IMG/VR virus record: IMGVR_UViG_3300010354_004913
Coordinates: 1 to 64,000 of that record
Length of the DNA stretch: 64,000 nt
Strand: one strand, 5' to 3'
Source: a virus
Shown here: piece by piece, positions 47,303 through 56,329 of the stretch
How positions within the stretch are numbered: the first letter of the stretch is position 1
How the letters are laid out: the number at the start of each line of letters is the position of its first letter
Made by a program: the position numbers and the translations under genes
The notes under the pieces: generated by a model
The model's database searches: none
Told to the model about the DNA's origin: nothing
What the model saw: only the letters and a program-made list of their open reading frames with translations

Positions 47303-47885
47303 TTTAGTACCAATGGTTATCGAGCAAGAAGCTCGAGGTGAACGTAGTTACGACATTTATAGTCGTCTGCTTAAAGATCGTATTGTCATACTAGATACAG
47401 ATGTTAATGAACACAGTGCCAGCCTGATTGTAGCACAGCTACTATTTTTAGAAAGTCAAGGAAATGAAGACATCAACTTCTTTATCAACAGCCCAGGTGG
47501 AGTTGTTACTGCGGGAATGGCAATTTACGATACAATGCAGTTTATTAAACCCGATGTTAGCACCATTGTTATGGGCCAGGCTTGCAGTATGGGCAGTCTC
47601 CTTGCCACAGCAGGAGCTCCAGGCAAGCGAAAAATGCTCCCAAACGCCCGTCACATGATTCACCAGCCCTCAGGTGGTGCTCGCGGGCAAGCTACAGACA
47701 TGCAAATTCAAGTTGAAGAGATCCTAAAAATGAAAAAATCTTTGACCGAAATCTATGTCAAGCACAATTCAAAGGGCAAAACTTTTGCTCAATTTAGTGT
47801 AGATATGGAACGTGACAAGTTTATGAGCGCACAAGAAGCTTTAGAATACGGTTTGATTGATCAAATCGTAGAAAAACGCTCATAA
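47295..47885 (+). CDS. clpP: ATP-dependent Clp protease proteolytic subunit
   Basis: [25 protein letters not shown] (Ser), MIHQP (His), ERD.FMSA.EA.EYGLID. Confidence 0.95.
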   Translation: MPNLVPMVIEQEARGERSYDIYSRLLKDRIVILDTDVNEHSASLIVAQLLFLESQGNEDINFFINSPGGVVTAGMAIYDTMQFIKPDVSTIVMGQACSMGSLLATAGAPGKRKMLPNARHMIHQPSGGARGQATDMQIQVEEILKMKKSLTEIYVKHNSKGKTFAQFSVDMERDKFMSAQEALEYGLIDQIVEKRS

Positions 47886-47916
47886 AGTGCGTACATAATT
47901 GGCTCCGGCAGTAAAC

Positions 47917-47924
47917 TATAAATA
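47917..47924 (+). promoter_or_regulatory. T4-type late promoter
   Basis: Exact TATAAATA upstream of AGGAG RBS and ATG 47943. Confidence 0.6.
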
Positions 47925-47942
47925 TAATTACTAGGAGCCAAA

Positions 47943-48671
47943 ATGGAAAGAAAGCCATTTAATTGGAGTATATTGACTAGAGATGCCCTGTATGGACTAC
48001 TAAACTCCATACAGAATAAGATTGTTGATCATAATCTAGCTGTTGAAGACATTCATAGCATACTGTCTAAACATATTAAAAAATATCTACCTATTAAAGT
48101 TCGCTTAGATAGAGACATAAAAAATGACAAGGGCTATATCTATGTGGGCGGAACCTATGACAGCACAATAGATAAGGCCGATAAACCTAGATATATCGAA
48201 ATAATTTTTAGTTATAACCCAGATCAAAAACGTCTTAAATTAAGTCGTCATCGTTGGCAAAGATTGTGTCTTCTATTCGCTGATACAATGCTACACGAAA
48301 TTATTCATACTAGACAGTATCGCAGTAGAAAATTTAAAGCTATTCCAGGGTATCAAAGTTTTGCCTATTATGCTAGAGATCGTCGCAAGCAAGAATATTA
48401 CGGTGACAGAGATGAAATTGGTGCCTTTAGCTATAACATTGCCTGCGAACTTTATGATAGATTTTCTACAGATTTTGGAGCAGCAGCCAAATATTTAGAT
48501 TCAAATCAATATCGTAGACATCAAAGAACTAGCTTCTACAGGTATATGGAAGCTTTTAATCATAATCATGACCATCCGATTATCAAACGAATCAAAAGAA
48601 AATCTCTTTCACAATTACCTAATGCCGAAATTGGCAAACCATTTCGAACATCAAACTACTTGACCTATTGA
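47943..48671 (+). CDS. HExxH zincin-like protein, paralogue of 42421-43083
   Basis: HEIIHTRQ ... YY.D.DE..AF. Confidence 0.5.
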   Translation: MERKPFNWSILTRDALYGLLNSIQNKIVDHNLAVEDIHSILSKHIKKYLPIKVRLDRDIKNDKGYIYVGGTYDSTIDKADKPRYIEIIFSYNPDQKRLKLSRHRWQRLCLLFADTMLHEIIHTRQYRSRKFKAIPGYQSFAYYARDRRKQEYYGDRDEIGAFSYNIACELYDRFSTDFGAAAKYLDSNQYRRHQRTSFYRYMEAFNHNHDHPIIKRIKRKSLSQLPNAEIGKPFRTSNYLTY

Positions 48672-48688
48672 TTCTTAGACTGTATAAT
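48660..48688 (+). promoter_or_regulatory. sigma70-type promoter
   Basis: TTGACC-17 nt-TATAAT, then AGGAG RBS and ATG 48719. Confidence 0.8.
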
Positions 48689-48718
48689 AAGAGTATTATT
48701 AAACATCTAGGAGCAAAA

Positions 48719-50035
48719 ATGACTACCCCTTGCGATCAGGTCATTTATAATTTGGAAACACACAATAGCCGTTTGGACAAAGAAGCAATCATTGAAGTCC
48801 AAATGAATGCTAAGAACGATGAATTTTTTGCAGGGTGCCGACTGGCGTAGGACCCTATGATTACCTTTGGACTTAAACAAATACCGGAGAAAACAAATGA
48901 AGACGGCCCTGGCTTATCTTGGGATGGTTTTAATAGTGTCATTCAGCGTTTATCTAATCGTGAGCTTACCGGTAACGTTGCCCGAAGCGCCGTTGATGCG
49001 ATGATGAACACAGCCACTCAGTCTGAATGGAATGGGTGGTATCGTCGTATCCTTATCAAGGATTTGCGTTGCGGTGTAAGTGAAAAAACTATTAACAAGG
49101 TTGTAAAACGTGGACCTAAGAACTATACTATTCCTATGTTTGAGTGTCAACTTGCTCACGATAGTAGTAATCACGAAAGCAAAGTGGCCGGAAGAAAACT
49201 CATCGAAGTTAAGCTCGATGGAGTTCGCGTTATTACTATTGTCTATCCAAGCGGGCGTGTTGATCAGTTTAGCCGTAATGGCAAGGAACTGGTTAATTTT
49301 GAGCACATAAAAGCACAGCTCAGTGAAGTAGGCAAAGGCTTTGATATTCCTTATGTGCTAGACGGTGAAGTTATGTCTAGCAGTTTCCAGGACCTTATGA
49401 AGCAGGTTCATCGCAAAGACAATGTCAATGCGTCGGATGCTATCCTGTATCTATTTGATATTATGCCTTTGGTAGATTTCCAAAAAGGTTTTAGCAATCT
49501 TCTACAGACAGAACGTAGCGGTCTACTTCAAAGTTGGTATGAACTCGAACAAGAAAATTTGCCTAGCGTTCGTGTGCTCGAACACGAACTAATTGATCTA
49601 GATACTGCTGAAGGCAAACGTCTATTCAACGAAATTAACCAAGAAGCTATTGACGGCGGCTACGAAGGTATTATGATCAAAGATCCCGACGCACCGTATG
49701 AGTGTAAGCGTACACATCATTGGCTTAAACTGAAGCCGTTTATTGAAGTATCACTAACTGTTACGGCTGTAGAAGAAGGCACTGGTCGTAATATAGGCAA
49801 GTTAGGTGCCTTAGTATGTGAAGGCAAAGACAATGGACAATTCATACGGGTCAATTGCGGTTCTGGCTTTAGTGATTCAGACCGTGATTCTTATTGGGTG
49901 GATCGTAAAGAAGTGGTTGGCAAGCTCGTGGAAGTTAGGGCTGACGCAATTACACAGAATCAAGATGGTTCTTATTCGCTACGTTTTCCGAGGTTCATAC
50001 GTTTCAGAGGATTTAAAGATGGGGAAAAAATTTAA
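48719..50035 (+). CDS. lig: ATP-dependent DNA ligase, interrupted by one in-frame TAG at 48848-48850
   Basis: KLDGVR (motif I), LDGE, FD, EGIMIK, WLKLK, SLRFPRF. The upstream piece (48719-48850) is in frame with 48857-50035 and carries the promoter and RBS. Confidence 0.85.
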
Positions 50036-50267
50036 TATTAGACGTTCAATGAACAAGGATATCATTTACGGTGCCCTATTAGAACTTAGTCAAAATCAAC
50101 GTGTTTGGCACGAAAGTTCTGTAAGCCCTGAATATAGTAAGTTGACAGATGAGGGGCGCGAAGCTATTATACATGTTGTTGAAGAAATGTTTCGTGGACT
50201 TCAAACTATACACAAGATGGAAATTGCCGACGAAGCTAAACGTCAAACTCTCGAGGCACTACAATGA
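50019..50267 (+). CDS. hypothetical protein
   Basis: Coupled ORF; start uncertain (50019 or 50049). Confidence 0.5.
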   Translation: MGKKFNIRRSMNKDIIYGALLELSQNQRVWHESSVSPEYSKLTDEGREAIIHVVEEMFRGLQTIHKMEIADEAKRQTLEALQ

Positions 50268-50512
50268 ACGAACGAATTCGTGAACTTGCTGAACAGGCTA
50301 GAAAAGCATTAGCCACAGATGCTATGAGTGGTGGCGAATTCAATATGAAAGCATACGAAGAAAAGTTCGCCGAGTTGATTGTCAGGGAATGTGCTGAATT
50401 GTCTGTGAATAGTCAATATGCCAATACTAAAAGTGAGTATTATGAAGGCTTCAATGAGGCATTGGTTTATGCTGGAAATAAGATTAAACAACATTTCGGA
50501 GTTGAAGAATGA
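50264..50512 (+). CDS. MNERI...EKFAELIVREC...HFGVEE family protein, copy 1
   Basis: Tandem paralogue of the next gene. Confidence 0.7.
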   Translation: MNERIRELAEQARKALATDAMSGGEFNMKAYEEKFAELIVRECAELSVNSQYANTKSEYYEGFNEALVYAGNKIKQHFGVEE

Positions 50513-50734
50513 ACGAACGAATCAAAGAACTTGCCGACGAGGCTGCTAAATTCAGTGCTGTTATGGCTCTGCCCACAGGCGAGCCCGGGGACAAATTATT
50601 TGTTGAAAAGTTCGCCGAGTTGATTGTGCGTGAATGTGCTGATGTGGCTAAAGAAACAAGATGGGCTGTGCCTCCTAGCCAAGAGCAGATTGCCAGAGGA
50701 ATCCAACAACATTTCGGAGTTGAAGAATGAACGA
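50487..50734 (+). repeat. 30-bp perfect direct repeat at gene junctions
   Basis: AACAACATTTCGGAGTTGAAGAATGAACGA at 50487-50516 and 50705-50734; also a 23-bp identical block at 50360-50382 and 50605-50627. Confidence 0.9.
50509..50730 (+). CDS. MNERI...EKFAELIVREC...HFGVEE family protein, copy 2
   Basis: Shares three conserved blocks with copy 1. Confidence 0.7.
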   Translation: MNERIKELADEAAKFSAVMALPTGEPGDKLFVEKFAELIVRECADVAKETRWAVPPSQEQIARGIQQHFGVEE

Positions 50735-50810
50735 GATTGGTTTGGCACTGCTGGCCTGTTATGTGATTGGTTTTGTCACTGGTTTTGTTTGGGGCTGGCA
50801 AAAGAATTAA
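50727..50810 (+). CDS. 27-aa single-pass membrane peptide (not in ORF track)
   Basis: MNEIGLALLACYVIGFVTGFVWGWQKN; starts within the junction repeat with a GGAG RBS. Confidence 0.5.
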   Translation: MNEIGLALLACYVIGFVTGFVWGWQKN

Positions 50811-50826
50811 CTATGGACGCAATGAG

Positions 50827-51021
50827 ATGAAACACAATATAACAATACAGCCAGGACAATATTGGAGCAGCCTAAATAGAACAGAGTTTCATGTAGATGA
50901 TGTAAGAGTTACTGAAACCGGAGTTTGGGTTCACTATACTAATACATTTACGCAACAGACCTATAGCTGTCTAGAAGAGGCATTTAGGCATAGATTTGAC
51001 CCTATCGTAAATCGTGGGTAA
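50827..51021 (+). CDS. hypothetical protein
   Basis: MKHNITIQPGQYW...YSCLEEAF..RF. Confidence 0.55.
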   Translation: MKHNITIQPGQYWSSLNRTEFHVDDVRVTETGVWVHYTNTFTQQTYSCLEEAFRHRFDPIVNRG

Positions 51022-51047
51022 TAAATACTTTTTTAAAAGGAGAAAAT

Positions 51048-51740
51048 ATGTTTGGAACTTCATATATGGATAATTCAGTTAGCTACCGCTCAGCGGCAGA
51101 GATTAACTCAGCTATGGGCCGTGTCTATGGACACATGGCTTTAGCTGTGTTAACCAGTATGATTGTCAGTTACCTTGTGGGAACTAGTCAAGCACTACTG
51201 GCATTTTTCTTTACAGGATTTTTAAAATGGATTGTAATTTTTGCTCCACTAGTAGCCATTTTTGCTATCACATTTTTAATGGAAAAAGTTAGTAAAGTAG
51301 GCGCTACACTGATGTTACATGGATTTGCTGCCTTAATGGGCCTTAGCTTTGCTACTATCTTTGCGGTCTATAATATGGGATCAATTGTTAGTGCCTTTAT
51401 GGGAGGCGCAATTTTGTTTGGAACAATGAGTGGCTATGGTTACTTTACCAAAAAAGATCTAAGTAGTTGGGGCAGTTTCTTAATTATAGGTTTGATTGCT
51501 ATTATTATTGCTAGTATTATTAACATCTTTGTTGGTTCTACTGTAATGCAAATGGTTATTTCAGCTATCGCAATTATTATCTTCTTAGGACTTACTGCTT
51601 ATGATACCCAAAGAATTAGAGAAGAAGTTAGTGTAGACAACAATGGAGTAGCTGAAATTAGAGGGGCCCTAACTCTATATCTTGACTTTATTAACCTATT
51701 CTTAAATCTATTACAATTATTCGGTGGCAAAAAAGAATGA
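51048..51740 (+). CDS. Bax inhibitor-1/YccA family membrane protein
   Basis: About 7 TM segments; YG..TKKDLS, LTAYDTQ.I, GAL.LYLDFINLF..LL. Confidence 0.9.
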   Translation: MFGTSYMDNSVSYRSAAEINSAMGRVYGHMALAVLTSMIVSYLVGTSQALLAFFFTGFLKWIVIFAPLVAIFAITFLMEKVSKVGATLMLHGFAALMGLSFATIFAVYNMGSIVSAFMGGAILFGTMSGYGYFTKKDLSSWGSFLIIGLIAIIIASIINIFVGSTVMQMVISAIAIIIFLGLTAYDTQRIREEVSVDNNGVAEIRGALTLYLDFINLFLNLLQLFGGKKE

Positions 51741-52171
51741 GAGATTTAATCAATATTGTAGAAGGTAAATCTATCACTGACGAATGGTTTAAGGACGGAG
51801 GATTTAAAACTTTTAAACGTCCAGCCAAAGAACGTTATAAAATTGCTGACAAGCCTGGCACTATTGATACGTTAGAGGGTCCGGTTAAGTATCCTGCGGG
51901 CTACTACATTATGACCGGACCCAAAGGTGAACAGTATCCAATTTCACCAGAAAAGTTTAAGGACTTAAAGGATGATTTGGGTAATGGTATATGTACACCT
52001 AAAAAAATTATCAAGGTGGCCAAACTGGCAGATCACTCTGGAACGGTTGACACATCATGGGGTGAGAAGTTACACTATAATCCAGGCGAAGATGTTATTG
52101 TCCGCCACGGTGAGAATGACTACGGTGTAGTTAAAAAAGATATATTCGCACAAACATACGAAAAGGTGTAA
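51737..52171 (+). CDS. PGDYG-like protein with two internal repeats
   Basis: TLEG....PAG.YI..GPKGEQYPI and TSWG....PGED......NDYG.V. Confidence 0.55.
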   Translation: MRDLINIVEGKSITDEWFKDGGFKTFKRPAKERYKIADKPGTIDTLEGPVKYPAGYYIMTGPKGEQYPISPEKFKDLKDDLGNGICTPKKIIKVAKLADHSGTVDTSWGEKLHYNPGEDVIVRHGENDYGVVKKDIFAQTYEKV

Positions 52172-52172
52172 A

Positions 52173-53012
52173 ATGGGTCAAAGAGCCAATTACTGGTCAT
52201 GTTCTAAATTTGCTGACTGGATTCGAGGTATCGAAAAAGGTGGTGCTAAGACTGGTCGCGGCTGGCGTGAATGGGAACAAGAAGGCAAACGTCTTCATCC
52301 CGTTCGTTACTGGATTGCAGAAGAGGCACTAGATGCTGTTCAAAACTTTATCTGGTGGCCAGTTGATCAACTTTATAACATTAAATATTATGTTAATAAT
52401 CGCTGGGTTACAAAAACTCATTCACTTACAGCAGACCCGAAGGATATTAAACGTGGACAATGGTGTGACGTTGGTAATCGTTTTTTACCTTGCTTATTTG
52501 GCGAGCTGGTCAACTACGTAGAAGTTGAGTTAGCTTGGTGGCACATAGCATGGAGTGACAAAGATGAAAAAGCCAAATATAATACCCCCTTCTGGGCCAC
52601 CGGGTGGTTCAGGTGGAGGACTTGGCGTTGTCCACAGGCTGGTTTGGATAACCTCGAGTGGCAACGTAATTTGGTTTGGAAAGAAGAAGAATGTGAGCCA
52701 GGTAGCCCAAACATTGGGCAACCGACCTATCAGGCTATTAAAGCTCAAGAAATCTTAGATCTGTATCGTTGGTGGACTGAAGTTTATCCAAAACGTCCAG
52801 ATGTACACGATGCTAGTGGCTGGACAGCCTATTGTGACATGCGTCGTGCTCGCGGTGATCACATGCTAGACTTTGAAGATCGCACTCCAGAAGAAGCAGA
52901 AATGAGTCGTAAGGCTCTTGACAAGAGTCGTGAAATTGAAGAAGCATACGAAGCTGAAAACGAGGCTATGATGATTCGTCTTATCAAAATTCGTAATTCA
53001 CTTTGGACTTGA
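52173..53012 (+). CDS. Trp-rich phage hypothetical protein
   Basis: 279-aa ORF ending MIRLIKIR.SLWT. Confidence 0.6.
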   Translation: MGQRANYWSCSKFADWIRGIEKGGAKTGRGWREWEQEGKRLHPVRYWIAEEALDAVQNFIWWPVDQLYNIKYYVNNRWVTKTHSLTADPKDIKRGQWCDVGNRFLPCLFGELVNYVEVELAWWHIAWSDKDEKAKYNTPFWATGWFRWRTWRCPQAGLDNLEWQRNLVWKEEECEPGSPNIGQPTYQAIKAQEILDLYRWWTEVYPKRPDVHDASGWTAYCDMRRARGDHMLDFEDRTPEEAEMSRKALDKSREIEEAYEAENEAMMIRLIKIRNSLWT

Positions 53013-53037
53013 CATTGCCAGTGTTCGACTGTATAAT
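53009..53037 (+). promoter_or_regulatory. consensus sigma70 promoter
   Basis: TTGACA-17 nt-TATAAT; AGGAG RBS before 53070. Confidence 0.85.
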
Positions 53038-53069
53038 TACTTTATTGTTTAACATACAGGAGCAACCAG

Positions 53070-54245
53070 ATGGCTACTAAACTTAAAAAAGCAAGTATCG
53101 CTTTTCGCCAAAAAGCCAATCGTGATAATAGTCCTAGTTGGGACGGAGCAGACGAATGGAGTGGTGATAAATTTACTGCTCAATTTCGAGTAGCAATGGA
53201 TTATTACCGCTTAGAATCCACTGTCAAAGACCTTAAAGTTAAAGTAGTCGAGTGGATGCACAGTCAAGGATATGATCGTGAAGATATCCGCGACTTTAGA
53301 AAACTCAAAGACAAATATCTCAACGGCACTATGGTAGGTGTAGCTGCCTGCCTTGTTAAAGGCATGCCCGAAGTACACGAAGGTTTCAATCATGGCAAAG
53401 ATACCGGCGCATGGCTTCGAAACGAAATTACCAAAGTACTAGCAATGGGTAGTGCTGATCTAGAAGAAGATGAAGAAGACAAGGCAGCAAAGCCTGCAGG
53501 GCCAGTCATTACTATTCAAGACAGGGTAAGAGAATCCAGTTTGGCAATGACAGACGAAATCGAAGATGCTATTGAGTCGTGGCAAAATGACGCAGACAAC
53601 TTTGATCCCAAACAATTTAAAGTTTTAAACCTCCTTAAAGGCAAGCAGGCCAAAGCAGCTCATGCTCGAATTATTCGCGACTACTACGGTCGCTGGTTAT
53701 CTGAGTTGAATGAACTGGCTAGCGGTGAAGCTGATGAACAACTTCGAGAAGGATACAAGCATCGTAGTAAGAAGCAGATCCGTAAGATGATTGAGTTTTT
53801 GACTGAAATCGAATCGGCTTGTAACATGCTGATGCAAGAAGCCAAGGTTACTCGCAAGCCTCGTAAGGTCAAAGCAATTAGCAAAGATAAGGTTGTTGCT
53901 AAACTGAAATACAAAAAAACTGACGAACCTCTCAAGTTGGTCAGTGTGAATCCTGCTGACATTATTGGCAGCAAGGAACTGTGGATCTACAATACTAAGA
54001 GTCGTAAATTTGGCAAATATGTTGCCGCCGAGTTTCACGATCTCGGAGTTAAAGGTACCACTATCACTGGCTTTGATGAATCTAAGAGTGTGTGTAAGAC
54101 ACTACGCAAGCCTGCAGAACAACTCAAAGAATTCAAGAGTGCGGGTAAGGTAGCACTTCGCAAATTTTTAGAAGACATCAATGCGGTTGATACGAAAATG
54201 AACGGACGTATCAATGAAGAAATTGTACTGCTTAAGGTCTCTTAA
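53070..54245 (+). CDS. T4-like phage hypothetical protein
   Basis: 391 aa; C-terminal LW.YNTK.RK, VKGTT..GFD, KTLRKP.EQL, NGRIN. Confidence 0.65.
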   Translation: MATKLKKASIAFRQKANRDNSPSWDGADEWSGDKFTAQFRVAMDYYRLESTVKDLKVKVVEWMHSQGYDREDIRDFRKLKDKYLNGTMVGVAACLVKGMPEVHEGFNHGKDTGAWLRNEITKVLAMGSADLEEDEEDKAAKPAGPVITIQDRVRESSLAMTDEIEDAIESWQNDADNFDPKQFKVLNLLKGKQAKAAHARIIRDYYGRWLSELNELASGEADEQLREGYKHRSKKQIRKMIEFLTEIESACNMLMQEAKVTRKPRKVKAISKDKVVAKLKYKKTDEPLKLVSVNPADIIGSKELWIYNTKSRKFGKYVAAEFHDLGVKGTTITGFDESKSVCKTLRKPAEQLKEFKSAGKVALRKFLEDINAVDTKMNGRINEEIVLLKVS

Positions 54246-54258
54246 GATAAGTACACTA

Positions 54259-54301
54259 TGCGGTCTTAGGCATTCAACCCGCAATACAAATTCTGCATGC
54301 C
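54259..54301 (+). ncRNA. candidate cis-regulatory pseudoknot (preQ1-I riboswitch-like) in the queD leader
   Basis: P1 TGCGG/CCGCA, 15-nt loop with GGCAT complementary to downstream ATGCC, A-rich linker; upstream of queD. Confidence 0.45.
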
Positions 54302-54335
54302 ATCAAACTTGCTACTTTTTACAAGGAGACTAGAG

Positions 54336-54890
54336 ATGGCAAAATCTTCAACAGCTGATTTAATCAGACACATGGAAGACAATCTTCCATACCGTGGTCC
54401 TGTGTCTTATTCGTGGACCAGTACCAAAGAATACCACGATGCTTTTCCCTGCGCTTATAGGCAATGGCGGGCTGATAGTCACTGTAATTTAATACACGGT
54501 TACAGTTTTTCAATGAAGTTTTATTTCGGCACTAACAATCTCGATGTGCGAAATTGGGCTGCTGACTATGGCGGCTTAAAAGAACTCAAAAAAATTCTAG
54601 AAGATCAATTTGATCATACTTTGCTTGTAGCACAAGATGATCCAGAACTAGAAACTTTCAAATTACTACAAGAAAAGAAAATGGCTAAGATTGTGATCCT
54701 TCCCCGACTGGGCTGTGAAGGACTGGCAGATCAACTTTACAAATATGTAAATGGTGTTTACATTCCAGAAATGTGGGGACCAGGTGAGGCTGCTAGGCTT
54801 TGGTGCTATCGTGTAGAAGTCCGTGAAACTCAAAGCAATATGGCTTTCCGTGAAGGACACCGCGAATGGAACGAGGATCTGTTTGCTTAA
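54336..54890 (+). CDS. queD: 6-carboxytetrahydropterin synthase / PTPS family
   Basis: HC..IHGY, DYGGLK......FDH, VEVRET; AGGAG RBS at 54324. Confidence 0.8.
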   Translation: MAKSSTADLIRHMEDNLPYRGPVSYSWTSTKEYHDAFPCAYRQWRADSHCNLIHGYSFSMKFYFGTNNLDVRNWAADYGGLKELKKILEDQFDHTLLVAQDDPELETFKLLQEKKMAKIVILPRLGCEGLADQLYKYVNGVYIPEMWGPGEAARLWCYRVEVRETQSNMAFREGHREWNEDLFA

Positions 54891-54899
54891 TCAAATATA

Positions 54900-54944
54900 T
54901 TGATTTACCAAGGCATAGATGTTATAATACACTATGCCTTTTTT
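54900..54944 (+). promoter_or_regulatory. sigma70-type promoter overlapping a terminator-like hairpin
   Basis: TTGATT-17 nt-TATAAT; AAGGCATAG/CTATGCCTT stem plus T-run encloses the -10 box. Confidence 0.6.
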
Positions 54945-54955
54945 AATTACACACT

Positions 54956-55984
54956 ATGACTAAACGTATCGGCTTCGCATGTAAATGGATCGATCATACT
55001 CGTCAAGTAGACGGTATCAAACCTAAAGATGACTGTAAAAAATATAATACAGGCACTACTACCGTTGCTTGGTTAAATAGACAAAGCAAGGATGTAGCAG
55101 TAGAAAAACTGTGGAATCTAATGAAGCAGAACATTGAAAGCACTCGCTTGCTAGTTGAGAAGGTGGGTAGTTTAGATGAAAATTTGCGAATGGTACGACT
55201 CAGTAGCGATATCCTTCCTGTGTACACTGAGTCAACTTGGTCTTGGTATTATAGGTCAGCCGATGTCAGAGATTACGCCCAAAGACATTTCAGAGCCGTG
55301 GGAGATATCGCTCGCAAGATGGGTGTTCGGCTTAGTTTTCATCCTGGGCAGTTTTGCGTCCTTGCTTCTGATAATGAAGATATTGTAAATAGAAGCATAG
55401 AGGAGTTTGAATATCATGTGGATATGGCCCGTTGGATGGGATACGGCAACACATTTCAGGACTTTAAGATCAACGTCCACATCGCGGGTAGAGCCGGTCC
55501 CGAAGGTATCAAACGTGCTCTTTTACGACTCAGTCCAGAAGCAAGAAATACCATTACCATCGAGAACGACGAAATCTCATGGGGCATTGACGCAAGCCAA
55601 GAGCTTGCCAACCACTGTGCCCTTGTACTCGACATACACCATCATTGGGTCCATACTGGAGAGTACATTCGACCCACCGACGATAGATATTTACGCATGA
55701 TTGAAAGCTGGCGCGGAGTTCGTCCAGTTATTCATTATAGTGTTAGTAGAGAAGATCTATTAGTTAGTCACTGCAACAAAACAATGCCTAATTTAGAATT
55801 GCTACTAGAAAGCGGTTACAAAAAACAAAAACTCAGAGCACATTCTGACTTTTATTGGAATCAAAAAGCCAACGAATATGCGCTGAGTTTCTTAGCAGTA
55901 GCCGATATTATGTGCGAAAGCAAAGCTAAGAATTTGGCTAGCTTTTCGCTACATAGTCAAGCAAAAGCATTAGGACTTTGCTGA
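54956..55984 (+). CDS. uvsE: UV damage endonuclease
   Basis: RIGFAC, RLSSD..P, R.SFHPGQF, IENDE, D.HHH, HYS, AHSD, E.K.K. Confidence 0.9.
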   Translation: MTKRIGFACKWIDHTRQVDGIKPKDDCKKYNTGTTTVAWLNRQSKDVAVEKLWNLMKQNIESTRLLVEKVGSLDENLRMVRLSSDILPVYTESTWSWYYRSADVRDYAQRHFRAVGDIARKMGVRLSFHPGQFCVLASDNEDIVNRSIEEFEYHVDMARWMGYGNTFQDFKINVHIAGRAGPEGIKRALLRLSPEARNTITIENDEISWGIDASQELANHCALVLDIHHHWVHTGEYIRPTDDRYLRMIESWRGVRPVIHYSVSREDLLVSHCNKTMPNLELLLESGYKKQKLRAHSDFYWNQKANEYALSFLAVADIMCESKAKNLASFSLHSQAKALGLC

Positions 55985-56302
55985 CTTAGGTTTACGGCCT
56001 GGCTTTTTGCCGACTGTTTTCTTTTCGCCTGCTGGTTTTTGGCTAGCAGGCTTTTTCTTTGCTTTCATAGCTGCAGGCTTGGCCTGTGTTACAGCGTCAG
56101 TTATTTGATCATTAACCGCAGCAGGGAATGCTTTACATTCGTTACCGTCTGGTTGAGTCACGCTGTCGCTACACTGTGGGTTTACTGGTTTTGATTCAAC
56201 TATAGGTGCTTCTACCTTGTAAGGTGCTGCCGCCTCTGCTTTGGCAGCAGCCTTTTCAGCCTCAGTCGGATAGCCTAATAATCGTTTAATAAAATTGAAC
56301 AT
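55970..56302 (-). CDS. Ala/Lys/Pro-rich protein with basic C-terminal tail
   Basis: AGGAGG RBS and TATAAATA upstream; internal repeat VN.Q..D.VTQ. Confidence 0.65.
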   Translation of the reverse strand: MFNFIKRLLGYPTEAEKAAAKAEAAAPYKVEAPIVESKPVNPQCSDSVTQPDGNECKAFPAAVNDQITDAVTQAKPAAMKAKKKPASQKPAGEKKTVGKKPGRKPKSAKS

Positions 56303-56321
56303 AATGTCCTCCTTAGGATTT

Positions 56322-56329
56322 TATTTATA
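56322..56329 (-). promoter_or_regulatory. T4-type late promoter
   Basis: Exact TATAAATA on the minus strand. Confidence 0.6.

Noticed and set aside
50263-50734. CRISPR array
   Set aside because: Only two copies of the 30-bp repeat, 218 bp apart, lying within coding sequence; no cas genes.
853-55700. Many alternative-frame or antisense ORFs (e.g. 853-1284, 5502-6692, 12992-13565, 26543-26968, 53684-54038, 55003-55700)
   Set aside because: They lie within well-supported genes, lack RBS and motifs, and read as shadow translations.
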